64,000 nucleotides of DNA. Origin: a virus. Lineage: Duplodnaviria > Caudoviricetes. The notes beneath the pieces were generated by a model. The model was given only the letters and a program-made list of their open reading frames with translations. It was not told where the DNA came from and did not search any database. The first letter of the stretch is position 1; each line of letters begins with the position of its first letter. The stretch lies in IMG/VR virus record IMGVR_UViG_3300006133_000005, positions 13,740 through 77,739 of that record. One strand, 5' to 3'. Below, piece by piece: positions 8,988 to 18,354 of the stretch. Made by a program: the position numbers and the translations under genes.

Positions 8988-9016
8988 ATTATATCACATT
9001 GATTTTAAGGTGTCAA
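8988..9016 (-). promoter_or_regulatory. Sigma-A promoter of the recA operon
   Basis: TTGACA-17-TATAAT with a TG extension. Confidence 0.85.
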
Positions 9017-9021
9017 ATCCA

Positions 9022-9055
9022 TAAATAAAGACCCAAATTATCAGGTCTTTATTTT
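9022..9055 (-). terminator. Intrinsic terminator
   Basis: AAATAAAGACC/GGTCTTTATTT inverted repeat. Confidence 0.65.
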
Positions 9056-9477
9056 TAGTCCATGTTTTTAAAGTCTTTAACTGTAGGTGCAGTCATTACA
9101 GCGGTATCAAATCCGGACAATCCAAGTACTTTAAACACATCATTGAAAACTACTTCTGCATTGTCTATAAATAACTTATATCTTTTGTTACTTAAATTAC
9201 TTTTGTTATTTACCAACTCCATGATTGTGCAAATAGTAAAATCAGGATAGACACCGTACTTTTTATAGTATTCTTCCTTTAAGGTTAAAACTGTATGTTT
9301 ATCTGGGACAAGTACTAAAGGTTGGTCCGGAGATTGTGTGCATACCTTAACTGCATCATGCGAACATGAAATCTGTTTTTTTTTATAGTACTGGTACTTC
9401 TCCCACTGTTCAATTGCTTTTTTGAGTACATAAGAGCTTTTACCACTCTGTCTCGGTGCATTATAAATCATACCCAT
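9055..9477 (-). CDS. Hypothetical protein with a degenerate P-loop-like N-terminus
   Basis: APRQSGKS near the N-terminus; RBS GGAGG. Confidence 0.5.
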   Translation of the reverse strand: MGMIYNAPRQSGKSSYVLKKAIEQWEKYQYYKKKQISCSHDAVKVCTQSPDQPLVLVPDKHTVLTLKEEYYKKYGVYPDFTICTIMELVNNKSNLSNKRYKLFIDNAEVVFNDVFKVLGLSGFDTAVMTAPTVKDFKNMD

Positions 9478-9615
9478 TACAATTCGTCCTCCAAATCAAA
9501 TAAATCTTTTAACTCTTTAGCCAATCATGTGATATGTTTTCCCATTCTTCTTCATGGGTTCCAAAGAATTTCTATCTATATCATAAAAGGTCTTAAGACT
9601 CGCAATTACATCACC

Positions 9616-11748
9616 TCACTTAGCTTCTTGATAGCTCCAACCACTATCAAAATCAGCTTTCATTGCAAGGTTTAACTCAACTTTTTCCCCAAATGGGTGT
9701 TCCATGTAAGCTTTAGTTCTTGTTATACACTCATCAACATACTGTTCGGGACATTCAAACACCAGTTCATCATGTACTTGTACAACCATAAGAACTCCGT
9801 GTTCTTCATACCAAGGGTCATTGTCTACAAGATTCTGTGCTGAACCTGTAATATCTGCGGCACTTCCTTGCACAGATGCGTTTACAGCAAGTCTTTCACA
9901 ATAAGCAACCTGTTTAAAGTCTCTGCTCCTTATATCAGGAAGTCTTCTCTTACGTCTTAAAAGTGTGAAAACACACCCATACTTGTGCGCAAATCTTTTC
10001 TGCTGTTTAATGAAGTCTGATACCCCAGAATATGTGTTAAAGTATTTGTCAATATAAATCTGCGCTACTTCTTCACCAGACTTAACACCGTAAGCTTCTG
10101 TATACGACTTATCTCCTAAATCAATAGGATTCCATAGGTCGTCTTTTAGGTTATTATACAGAGTAAACGCTCCTCCCCCATACATAAGCAAGAAGTTAAT
10201 AACTTTAGCCGCTTGTCTAAGATGTGGGTACTTTTTCTTGACCTCTTCTGGTGTACAATCAAGCTCAAACATATTGACTGCGGTAGAACCGTGAGTATCA
10301 CTGTCATTTGCAAACATTTCAAGGAGGTTTTTATCCTCAGAGAAATGAGCTAAGACTCTCATTTCAAGGTTAGAAAAGTCACCTGCAACTATCTTTTTTC
10401 TCTTAACAGTACAGTACTCAAAATCCTGTGGTGTAGCATCTTTAAGCTCACATACATAATTTCCGTCTTCATCTTCGAGATACTCACTACCAATAAACAA
10501 ACTTCTTATTTGGTATTTGTCTTCTTCATCTGCTTTAGGTAACTGCTGTAAGTTAGGGTTACTGCATGAAATACGTCCACTGTCAGCACCTATAATATTA
10601 AAGTTGGGGTGTGCTTTACCGTCTTCATAAATTTGTTCAAGCATACCGTCAATAAAGGCGCTTTTCAACTTTGCAAGTTTTTTATACTCTAACAGTTTTT
10701 TGCAGAACTCAACACCTTGTTTCTTACGCTTATTTTTATATTCCATTTTAGACAGCTTGTACAGCGTGTTAGCATTAGTCTGAGGAGCACCACTTGCTGT
10801 TTTACTTATAGGTCTTAATCCGAAAGTATTTTCAATTAAAGGGGAGGTATAGTCTGGGTCTTTGCTTAATTTCTTTTCGGGTACATAAGCAAATAAAAGC
10901 TCGCCTAACTGTTGACTGCTTCCTGCATTAAATTCAACCCCTGCTAAGTCTTGCATTTCATACATAAGTATTTCAGTATCTTCCTCTATCTCTGTCTTCA
11001 TTTCATTAAGTCTTTCGGTATCAACAGTAACCCCTCTTTCCTCCATTCTGAAAAGAGTGCGTAAGAATTTAACATGGTATCTCTTAAAGATTTTTTCCAT
11101 TCCCTCTTCTTCAAGTCTATCTAACCAGTATATATAATTAATCCAAGTAAAGAAAGCATCATCAAGAGCATAAGGACTTCCGTCGTCAATTAAAACGAGG
11201 TCAAAAGTTACTTTTTGATTAGCTTTATAACCAAACTCTTTTTTTACTTCATTAGGTACATCATTAGTTACCTCTTTAAAGTGAGTTTGGTCTATGCTCC
11301 ATATCTCTTGTGTGTTCTCTTTAAGACCGTTAGGGGTATTTTCATCACACAGCCAACTTGCAACCATTGTGTCAAACAGGTCTTTAGTCTTTATGACTAT
11401 TCCAAGTCTTGCCATGACGTGCATATCGAACTTAAGATTGTGTCCTATAATTCGTATGTCTTCACGTTCAAATATCTTTTTAAGATATTTTCTGAGTATG
11501 TCTTCTGGGATATTTCTGTAATAGTCCTCATGTCTTCTGTGGTGCAGTGGAATATAGTAGTTGTTATACTCTCCCCATGATATTGAAATACCTACACATA
11601 AAAAGCTTTCGTTATCTCCTACAACTCTCAGAGTATTAGTTTCGGTATCGAATGCAAATTCTTGAATATCCTGCATCTTCTTTGCAAGTCTTTTAAGTTT
11701 TTTTACATTGTCTACCACTATGGACTTTTTTCTAAAAGGTACACTCAA
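9616..11748 (-). CDS. polA: Family A DNA polymerase with 3'-5' exonuclease domain
   Basis: Exo I FDTET, Exo II HNLKFD; GRISCSNPNLQQ; motif A GDFSNLEMR; motif B RQAAKVINFLLMYG; motif C VHDE. Probable TTG start at 11748 after AAGGAG (track start 11820). Confidence 0.95.
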   Translation of the reverse strand: MSVPFRKKSIVVDNVKKLKRLAKKMQDIQEFAFDTETNTLRVVGDNESFLCVGISISWGEYNNYYIPLHHRRHEDYYRNIPEDILRKYLKKIFEREDIRIIGHNLKFDMHVMARLGIVIKTKDLFDTMVASWLCDENTPNGLKENTQEIWSIDQTHFKEVTNDVPNEVKKEFGYKANQKVTFDLVLIDDGSPYALDDAFFTWINYIYWLDRLEEEGMEKIFKRYHVKFLRTLFRMEERGVTVDTERLNEMKTEIEEDTEILMYEMQDLAGVEFNAGSSQQLGELLFAYVPEKKLSKDPDYTSPLIENTFGLRPISKTASGAPQTNANTLYKLSKMEYKNKRKKQGVEFCKKLLEYKKLAKLKSAFIDGMLEQIYEDGKAHPNFNIIGADSGRISCSNPNLQQLPKADEEDKYQIRSLFIGSEYLEDEDGNYVCELKDATPQDFEYCTVKRKKIVAGDFSNLEMRVLAHFSEDKNLLEMFANDSDTHGSTAVNMFELDCTPEEVKKKYPHLRQAAKVINFLLMYGGGAFTLYNNLKDDLWNPIDLGDKSYTEAYGVKSGEEVAQIYIDKYFNTYSGVSDFIKQQKRFAHKYGCVFTLLRRKRRLPDIRSRDFKQVAYCERLAVNASVQGSAADITGSAQNLVDNDPWYEEHGVLMVVQVHDELVFECPEQYVDECITRTKAYMEHPFGEKVELNLAMKADFDSGWSYQEAK

Positions 11749-11784
11749 AGTTACCAACTCCTTTAGTTTTATATTATGTAAAAT

Positions 11785-11831
11785 AAAGCGTGTTACAAAT
11801 ATATTATAACACGCTTTCATATTTCAGTCAA
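11785..11831 (-). promoter_or_regulatory. polA promoter overlapped by an 11-bp inverted repeat (putative operator)
   Basis: TTGACT(11831-11826)-17-TATAAT(11808-11803); AAAGCGTGTTA (11785-11795) / TAACACGCTTT (11807-11817). Confidence 0.7.
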
Positions 11832-11928
11832 AACCCTGATTTAGTTGAGCTTTCCTGTTCTGATTAACATTGTATAGCTGTCTTCATTTTAATTAAACTG
11901 TAAATCGTTGTCGAGGTTTACAATATCA

Positions 11929-12783
11929 TCATATGTTATTTTTTTTAAATACACCCTTGATACTTGATTTTTTTTTAGCAAGAACAGCTTTATTCTTAAG
12001 AAGAGGTTCATATTCTTCGTCATCTTCTTCGTCCTCGTCTTCATCATAGCTAACAAGATTTTTACGTCCTTTGTACTTATCTCTGGAAGACTTATCTCTT
12101 CTCGGACGTTCCTCGTAATCATCTTCTTCGTCCTCGTCTTCATCATCCTCATCAGCATCATAGTCAGGGAGATACATTTTAAGCTGTTCCTCAACAATTG
12201 CATACAAAGACTCCATAGTACCGTCAAAAGATTCTTTCAGCTTATCAGGTAACATATTAGAAATCTTAGCCTTTGTAAGAGGTGATACCTCATCAGTTCT
12301 CTCAATCATATAAGAGGTATCTGTACCTGTTCCTGTTCGAGAGATTTCATAGTCACGGTCAGTAAGACCATAACGATTAGACAGTCTGTCGAGCTGTGAA
12401 AGTACTCTTGTTCCTGCAACATAAAGCTTTAAAGAGCCCTTGACAGTCTTTTTCTTGCCCTTGCTATCTTTTGTTTCAAATTCAGTGTAGTCCCAAATAA
12501 GGAAAGCACCTTTGAATGAAGACTTGTTACCCTCATCACAATATGGGCAATCTTTGTCCTGTGTACACAGGAATGAGTCATAACACTCTTTTCCATTTTT
12601 GAACACCTTTACAGTATGCTCATTAAAGTTAATAGGCTCTTCGGTAAGGAAACGTACTCTTGCTTCTGCTCCGTCACCAGAAAGAAAAAAACGAAACAAT
12701 CTCTTACCCATTTGCTCTCTTATTTCTTCCTGTCTCTTCTTTTCCTGTCTTGCGGCTTCATAGCCTTTCTTAAACAATGCCAT
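11929..12783 (-). CDS. Single-stranded DNA-binding protein (gp32/gp2.5-like)
   Basis: RVRFL, CPYC Zn motif, very acidic C-terminal tail; lies between polA and primase. Confidence 0.75.
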   Translation of the reverse strand: MALFKKGYEAARQEKKRQEEIREQMGKRLFRFFLSGDGAEARVRFLTEEPINFNEHTVKVFKNGKECYDSFLCTQDKDCPYCDEGNKSSFKGAFLIWDYTEFETKDSKGKKKTVKGSLKLYVAGTRVLSQLDRLSNRYGLTDRDYEISRTGTGTDTSYMIERTDEVSPLTKAKISNMLPDKLKESFDGTMESLYAIVEEQLKMYLPDYDADEDDEDEDEEDDYEERPRRDKSSRDKYKGRKNLVSYDEDEDEEDDEEYEPLLKNKAVLAKKKSSIKGVFKKNNI

Positions 12784-12840
12784 TCTCTTTTACCTCCATT
12801 TTAATAATCTCATTTAATTCTACTTAAACGGCATGAATAC

Positions 12841-12869
12841 ATTATAGCACAGTCTGAAATTTATGTCAA
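12841..12869 (-). promoter_or_regulatory. Sigma-A promoter
   Basis: TTGACA-17-TATAAT with a TG extension. Confidence 0.85.
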
Positions 12870-12877
12870 ATAGACCA

Positions 12878-13897
12878 CTATAGTCTTGGTAATTCTGTAA
12901 CCCCCATATACTTTGCTGACTCTATAACTTTAACTGTCTCTAACTCTCCCCATTCACAAGGGTCTTTTCCAAACTTAGGTGTGTATGAGGGCAAATAAAT
13001 ATGCAAATCCTTACTTAAATACTTCTTAGCAGTATCTAATAAAATCTTTCCTCTCTCGTCAAGGTCACAAAGTATAATAAGCTTTCTGCATCTGCTTTTT
13101 ATCTGCTCTGCTTGCTCTCTGCTGACCTTATTTGTCATTGTGGCTATAGCATTAGGAAAACCCCATTTATTAAGCATAATAACATCAAAACAAGCTTCTA
13201 CAAGTATTAGAGTATCTTCTACTACTTCAACCTTATCAAGCGGATAAATGAGCTTACTCTTTTTAAACTCATACACCTTAAATCTACCATTCTTAGGTCT
13301 GTCGGGGTCAATGTATCTTCCAATAACTCCAGCAAGCTTTTCATCTTCCCAAAAGACAGGTATAGTAACAGTCTCTTCTTTAAGGTCACGACCTATCATA
13401 AAGGTTTTCATATCCTCTTTGTCAAAACCTCTATCAAAGAAGTACTGATAAGTCTCTTTTCCGCTTTTAAAAGGTGCAAGAGTTGATAGAGGTTTTACTT
13501 CCCTATCATCTTCAATTTTATCTATGTCGATACATTTGTCCTCGTATCTGTGCAAGATTACATTTGAATCTCTTGACATAAACCGTGTAGTAATTCCGTA
13601 TCTCTGTCGGAGAAACTTTTCTGCTTTTCCAACAGATTTAAACCTGTCTGGTAAAGACTTATACAAAAGATAAGCTATAGACCCACTTTCACCACATGAG
13701 AAACAATTAAATACTTGTCCGTGTAAGTCTGGTTCGTCAGGAGGACAATAATCAATATCAATACCACATGACGGATTTCTCTCACCATGTATAGTACAAC
13801 AAAACTGTATCTTGTTACCTTTCCAGTCATTCATTTTAGGAGTGTCAAGGACATTTATTAATAAGTCCTCAATCTGCTCTTTGCTGAACACACCCAT
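12878..13897 (-). CDS. DNA primase
   Basis: Zn finger CTIH...PS...NCFSC; TOPRIM LVEACFD and DLD. Confidence 0.9.
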   Translation of the reverse strand: MGVFSKEQIEDLLINVLDTPKMNDWKGNKIQFCCTIHGERNPSCGIDIDYCPPDEPDLHGQVFNCFSCGESGSIAYLLYKSLPDRFKSVGKAEKFLRQRYGITTRFMSRDSNVILHRYEDKCIDIDKIEDDREVKPLSTLAPFKSGKETYQYFFDRGFDKEDMKTFMIGRDLKEETVTIPVFWEDEKLAGVIGRYIDPDRPKNGRFKVYEFKKSKLIYPLDKVEVVEDTLILVEACFDVIMLNKWGFPNAIATMTNKVSREQAEQIKSRCRKLIILCDLDERGKILLDTAKKYLSKDLHIYLPSYTPKFGKDPCEWGELETVKVIESAKYMGVTELPRL

Positions 13898-14645
13898 ACT
13901 TGCTCATATCCTTTATTTCTTTATTATTAAGCAGGTCTAAACCTATCTCAAAATACTGCTTGTCTATTTCACAACCAATAAACTTCCTATTTAACTTCTT
14001 ACAAGCTATTGCAGTTGTGAAAATTCCTGCAAAGGGGTCTACTACAAGTTCTCCCTCTTTACTGGAATTCTGTATAAGTATTTCCATAAGCTCAACAGGT
14101 TTCGCAGTAACATGAAGAACTGAACCTTTACTGTCTTTAGGTTTCTTATTAGGTACTCTTAAGATGTCACTTGTTCCACAATCATTTATTTGTACACCTC
14201 TTCCTTTACGGAAAAATAAAATATACTCAAACTGTGACATATAAAATTTGCCCATAATCTTATTTCCCTTGTCCCAAATGAGTGATTTAACAAAGTGAAA
14301 ACCAACGGCTGTAAATGAGTTTATCATCTCTTGTAGGTTTACATGGTTACACATGACATAACAATGACTACCATCTTTTAACACTCTAAACATTGCTTTT
14401 GCGTAATCTTTGGGCACTAAGTCATTGTGTTTAAACATTCGTCCTTTCTTACAAATGTCAGTCTGCATCATTCCACCTGATGTTCCTGCGTTACCTCTTG
14501 AAGTGGTTTTATACGGAGGGTCAGTCACTATTAAGTCTACAGAACACTCCCTAAGGCTATTTAGAGTACTTACACCGTCTTGATATAAACACTGTATGCT
14601 ATTGTGTTTTGACTTCTTTACTAACCGCACAGAGCTTCCCTCCAA
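13869..14645 (-). CDS. Orphan amino-DNA methyltransferase (m6A/m4C, beta class)
   Basis: Motif IV TDPPY precedes motif I DPFAG; KPVELME; GCEID. The true start may lie slightly downstream. Confidence 0.9.
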   Translation of the reverse strand: MEGSSVRLVKKSKHNSIQCLYQDGVSTLNSLRECSVDLIVTDPPYKTTSRGNAGTSGGMMQTDICKKGRMFKHNDLVPKDYAKAMFRVLKDGSHCYVMCNHVNLQEMINSFTAVGFHFVKSLIWDKGNKIMGKFYMSQFEYILFFRKGRGVQINDCGTSDILRVPNKKPKDSKGSVLHVTAKPVELMEILIQNSSKEGELVVDPFAGIFTTAIACKKLNRKFIGCEIDKQYFEIGLDLLNNKEIKDMSKYGCVQQRAD

Positions 14646-14986
14646 TCAAAACATACAGCTTGTTCATAGCTTATGTTTTTGTTGGACTTGAAAACTTCAC
14701 CTCTACAGGCTAATTTTCTGTCTACTACCATAAACTTATTTGACAACTGTACTGGAACGGGATAAAAATATTCATTAGGGTATGAAATATAGTTGTCCTT
14801 TAATATCTCTTCAACTTGTTTTTGGTCATAAATAATGTGGTTTCTTACAAGGTTTATGTTCACACCATCTTCCCATGCAGGGTCAGGACAACCGTTGTTG
14901 AATATGTCTTTCCACCTTTTAAAATCATTGTGTATTAACACACCTAACTCTTTTGAAGTAGGTAGTCTATTTTTTTTCTTACCCAT
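14621..14986 (-). CDS. Hypothetical protein
   Basis: GGAGG RBS; GCPDPAWEDGVNINLVRNHI segment. Confidence 0.65.
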   Translation of the reverse strand: MGKKKNRLPTSKELGVLIHNDFKRWKDIFNNGCPDPAWEDGVNINLVRNHIIYDQKQVEEILKDNYISYPNEYFYPVPVQLSNKFMVVDRKLACRGEVFKSNKNISYEQAVCFDWREALCG

Positions 14987-14998
14987 AGTAAATCCTCC

Positions 14999-15172
14999 TT
15001 AAAATGTAGCTCTGTCATACTGTGATTGTGTTATCTCACCATTCTTACACAAGCTGTCTATAAAGCAAGACCACTGAAACTGTACTTTGCAATAGTCATC
15101 TTTTCTCGCTCTGAGATAAGCTGTATAGTCACTGTTAAAGACTTCGATAACAAATCTTCTCTTAAGTGTCAT
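14999..15172 (-). CDS. Small hypothetical protein (57 aa), below the ORF-track cutoff
   Basis: AAGGAGG RBS; MTLKRRF...WSCFIDSLCKNGEITQSQYDRATF; fills the gap exactly. Confidence 0.75.
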   Translation of the reverse strand: MTLKRRFVIEVFNSDYTAYLRARKDDYCKVQFQWSCFIDSLCKNGEITQSQYDRATF

Positions 15173-15222
15173 AATCAATTCCTCCTTAACTGTTCTCCTC
15201 TAATCGAATACATAGCATAGCT

Positions 15223-16575
15223 TTAGTCCTCCATTATATCAAGAGTGTTATCTTTTGAGGAGTGTTTCACACCCTCAGAATCTTCACTTTCTGTTTCAAA
15301 CTCCTCAGCTTCATTAGTGTCTGCATAAATTTCTGAAAAGTCCATAATGTCAAAGTTCCAGTTCAATAAAAGCTTTCCGAGAATACCCTCACGCTGTTTG
15401 AGAACTTTAAGAGCCATTTCTTTATCATTTATCATTACTTCATCTCTAAACAATGCCCACACATCATCACTATCTTGTCCAATAGCTTGTGTGTACATAA
15501 TAGAGCCTAACTCTGGTCCTGTTTTCTTACTGGTATTCTTGTCAGCCTGAGTATTTATAAGAATAGGCTTCTTACACCTCTTTGCAAGCTTCTTAAGGTC
15601 ACGAGTAATATGTGCTACTCTTAACCAGTCGTCTTTTGCTCCTTGGTCATCTTCCATGAGGTATGCAGAGTCAATAAAAACTACATCAGGGTCATATTTT
15701 TCAATATCAGCAGATAATCCCATTACACCTGTTGCTGTTGTTATATACAAGGGTTCAAAGTTGGGCAAATCATTTTCCAGAAATTCAAAATATAGCTTTT
15801 CTGTCTTTAAATCTAATGCTCCGCTTTTAAAAGCATTATAATTAAAAGGCTCACCATAACACATAGAGAACAGCATAGCTTCATATCTGTCCCTCATTAT
15901 ATCTTCTGACATTTCAGTTACACACTGTAAAACCCTATAGTTTTGCAACTGTAAATAAGAACCCATAATAATTTCAAGCCACGTCTTACCAACACCAGTA
16001 TTAGCTATGACTGTCGTAAGAGTACTATTCTTGAGTCCCTTAGTTATGTAGTCAAGCTTACTGAAACCAGTAGGAAGACCTTGCATACCCTTATTCTTTT
16101 TCTTTTCAAGGTAAGCATCTTTTCTACTCTGAGTATCTTTTGTAATATCCACATCAGTGGTTTCAGTTACTTCAGACTCAATATAAGCTATTGACTTCTT
16201 AATTAATGTATAAGCATCCTCTGACTCATAGTCCTGTAACTTAGTTGCCGCTTTTTCTACAGTTTCGGCAATAAAGTTGTGTCTTACCTTTTTCTTTACT
16301 TCATTACACCAGAACTTTAAATTCTCTTCTGTACCAACTATTTTGTCACCAGAAGTATCAGTAGTATATTCCAATTTGTATCTTGGAAACTGCTGTTTAA
16401 ATGCTCTCACACTTGGAACTTCACCAGTTTCCATAACAGTCTCATAAATATAGTCAAAAGCTGTACGACTATCTCCTGTAAAAAAGTCCGATTTAATATG
16501 ACTGTCTTTTACTGTAAGAATATCCTTTGTCTGCAACAGCTTAGATATAAAGCCTATTTCTACATTGTATTTCAA
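15223..16575 (-). CDS. dnaB: Replicative DnaB-like (SF4) helicase
   Basis: TGFSKLD...GL, ANTGVGKT, TEM, FIDSAYLM, IGQDSD, KQREG. Confidence 0.9.
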   Translation of the reverse strand: MKYNVEIGFISKLLQTKDILTVKDSHIKSDFFTGDSRTAFDYIYETVMETGEVPSVRAFKQQFPRYKLEYTTDTSGDKIVGTEENLKFWCNEVKKKVRHNFIAETVEKAATKLQDYESEDAYTLIKKSIAYIESEVTETTDVDITKDTQSRKDAYLEKKKNKGMQGLPTGFSKLDYITKGLKNSTLTTVIANTGVGKTWLEIIMGSYLQLQNYRVLQCVTEMSEDIMRDRYEAMLFSMCYGEPFNYNAFKSGALDLKTEKLYFEFLENDLPNFEPLYITTATGVMGLSADIEKYDPDVVFIDSAYLMEDDQGAKDDWLRVAHITRDLKKLAKRCKKPILINTQADKNTSKKTGPELGSIMYTQAIGQDSDDVWALFRDEVMINDKEMALKVLKQREGILGKLLLNWNFDIMDFSEIYADTNEAEEFETESEDSEGVKHSSKDNTLDIMED

Positions 16576-17009
16576 AGCTTTATACCTCCGTTCCTAATAA
16601 TTTGGTTAAATTGGGACAAAGTAATAACATGAGAATTATTAAGAAGTCCCATTCGATTTTCTACACAGTCTACAACATAGGTTAAGTCTCCTGTCAGGAG
16701 ACGTGATGTTATTTGACTATATTTATTATACAACACAATTCGACAAAAAGGCAAATCCCCAATTAAACTCTTAAGTCCTTGATTATACTCATTCTCATTT
16801 ATGATTAAATCTATGGTATACTCCGTTTGTCTGTAAGCATACTCCATTGAGTGTGATACAAGACAGTCTATTTCTGCTCTTTTTGTTTTACCGAAAATAG
16901 TGTTAAGAACTTTATCTTTAAAAGTATTCTCCTTATACTTTATGACAAAATCCTCACACATAAATCCGAATGTTGCTCTGACCTTATTTGATATATCACC
17001 ATGCAACAT
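16572..17009 (-). CDS. Hypothetical protein
   Basis: Translationally coupled ORF in the replication cluster (HGDISN N-terminus). Confidence 0.6.
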   Translation of the reverse strand: MLHGDISNKVRATFGFMCEDFVIKYKENTFKDKVLNTIFGKTKRAEIDCLVSHSMEYAYRQTEYTIDLIINENEYNQGLKSLIGDLPFCRIVLYNKYSQITSRLLTGDLTYVVDCVENRMGLLNNSHVITLSQFNQIIRNGGIKL

Positions 17010-17368
17010 TATTCCATTAAACCCTCCTTATCTAAGTCAATATCGAAATTCTCCTTAATATAGTTAATGCAATCAACAGGAGTAAACTGATTGTTAAATA
17101 CACCAGTCTGCATAATAGAAAACCAAGCTTCTACACCGGATTTAACTCTAAGAAGTCTGGTCTTTCCAAACCCGAAATCTTTGTTTAAGACTGTAAAGAA
17201 CACTGAAAGAATCTGATTAGCTACATCATTCTTTACCTCTGTGTACACTAAGTCTTTTTTCTGCTCCCATTCTTCTTCAAGATATTGTAATATCTCTTCT
17301 TTAGTGAGAACCATTTTATTTTTAAAGATTTCGCTTGTTTCTTTATTTCTTCTATAATTCGCTTTCAT
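17009..17368 (-). CDS. Hypothetical protein
   Basis: Coupled ORF; FGFGKTRLLR segment. Confidence 0.6.
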   Translation of the reverse strand: MKANYRRNKETSEIFKNKMVLTKEEILQYLEEEWEQKKDLVYTEVKNDVANQILSVFFTVLNKDFGFGKTRLLRVKSGVEAWFSIMQTGVFNNQFTPVDCINYIKENFDIDLDKEGLME

Positions 17369-17383
17369 TACTGCATTTCCTCA

Positions 17384-17707
17384 TCAATCGTCCAACAATG
17401 TATTTAAAATATTCTTACATAAAGTGAATGCTTTCCTTAATCTCTTCAACTCTACTATTGGATTGGGCGTATGCTCTTGTATATACTCAACATCATTAAT
17501 AGCATCATACACAGCATCAAGTAACTCCTCTAACACATCACAACAGGATATGCTTTCCCCAACTAAGAAATCAGCGAATCCCTCACCTAAATGGTCTGAC
17601 AAGTATTTCTTGTACTCCTGCTCATCTCGTATATACACACTGTCACCGTCATTTGTAAAAAGGAGTTTATCAGGGTCTACTCTTAAATGCAATTCTTTGT
17701 CATTCAT
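17384..17707 (-). CDS. Hypothetical protein
   Basis: Coupled ORF. Confidence 0.55.
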   Translation of the reverse strand: MNDKELHLRVDPDKLLFTNDGDSVYIRDEQEYKKYLSDHLGEGFADFLVGESISCCDVLEELLDAVYDAINDVEYIQEHTPNPIVELKRLRKAFTLCKNILNTLLDD

Positions 17708-18354
17708 GGTTTAACACCTCTTTTCAAACGCTTTTTAAAAGCAGTGTTCCTCTTATCTCTACTCTCAATAGTAATAGGTACTGTATTACCTCTTAGCAAG
17801 CTCATACAGCTCTCTCCATATCTCTCTGAAAGTATATCTACATTAAGATTTGTACAGATAATAGTGACAAGACCGTGGTCTTCTCTGTATCTTAAAAGGT
17901 CTTCTAGTATTGGTGCGGCAACTTTACTATCAATCTCTTTTCCAACTTCCTCGAGAACTAAAAACTCAACTGCTTTGTAGTAAGTATAAAGCTCGTCCTC
18001 AAACTGGTCTTTTTCTTCTACACTTCTTGCTGACCACACTTTAGTATACTTGTCTATATAGTCAACAAAGGTTGCTCTCCTTGTAGTGTATCTACGCTTG
18101 TACGCTTCTTTAAGGATAAGGCAGGAAAGCATTGTCTTTCCTACGCCGTTACTACCACATAAAAACAACCCCTTGTTATTTTCAAAATTCTTATCAAGGT
18201 TATCAAGGTACTCCCTGACAAAATTCTTTACCTCTTTCAAACAACTGTTTGACTTTGTGTCAAAATCTGATAAATTTGTATCAAGAAACGACTTAGGAAT
18301 ACCTATAAGACTCAAGCTTGTAGGATTTACATAAGTCCTTAATGGTCTACTCAT
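17704..18354 (-). CDS. DnaC/IstB-like AAA+ ATPase (helicase loader)
   Basis: GLFLCGSNGVGKT, FLVLEEVGKE, IICTNL, SLLRG. Start moved to ATG 18354 (MSRPL, RBS GGAGA); track start 18468. Confidence 0.85.
   Translation of the reverse strand: MSRPLRTYVNPTSLSLIGIPKSFLDTNLSDFDTKSNSCLKEVKNFVREYLDNLDKNFENNKGLFLCGSNGVGKTMLSCLILKEAYKRRYTTRRATFVDYIDKYTKVWSARSVEEKDQFEDELYTYYKAVEFLVLEEVGKEIDSKVAAPILEDLLRYREDHGLVTIICTNLNVDILSERYGESCMSLLRGNTVPITIESRDKRNTAFKKRLKRGVKP

Noticed and set aside
9478-9615. Small ORF after a GAGGTG RBS with a possible frameshift
   Set aside because: The frame stops after 9 codons; protein-like fragments need two frame changes, which is too speculative.
12020-12145. 27-bp direct repeat in the SSB gene
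   Set aside because: It only encodes duplicated acidic DEDEDEEDD tail segments.
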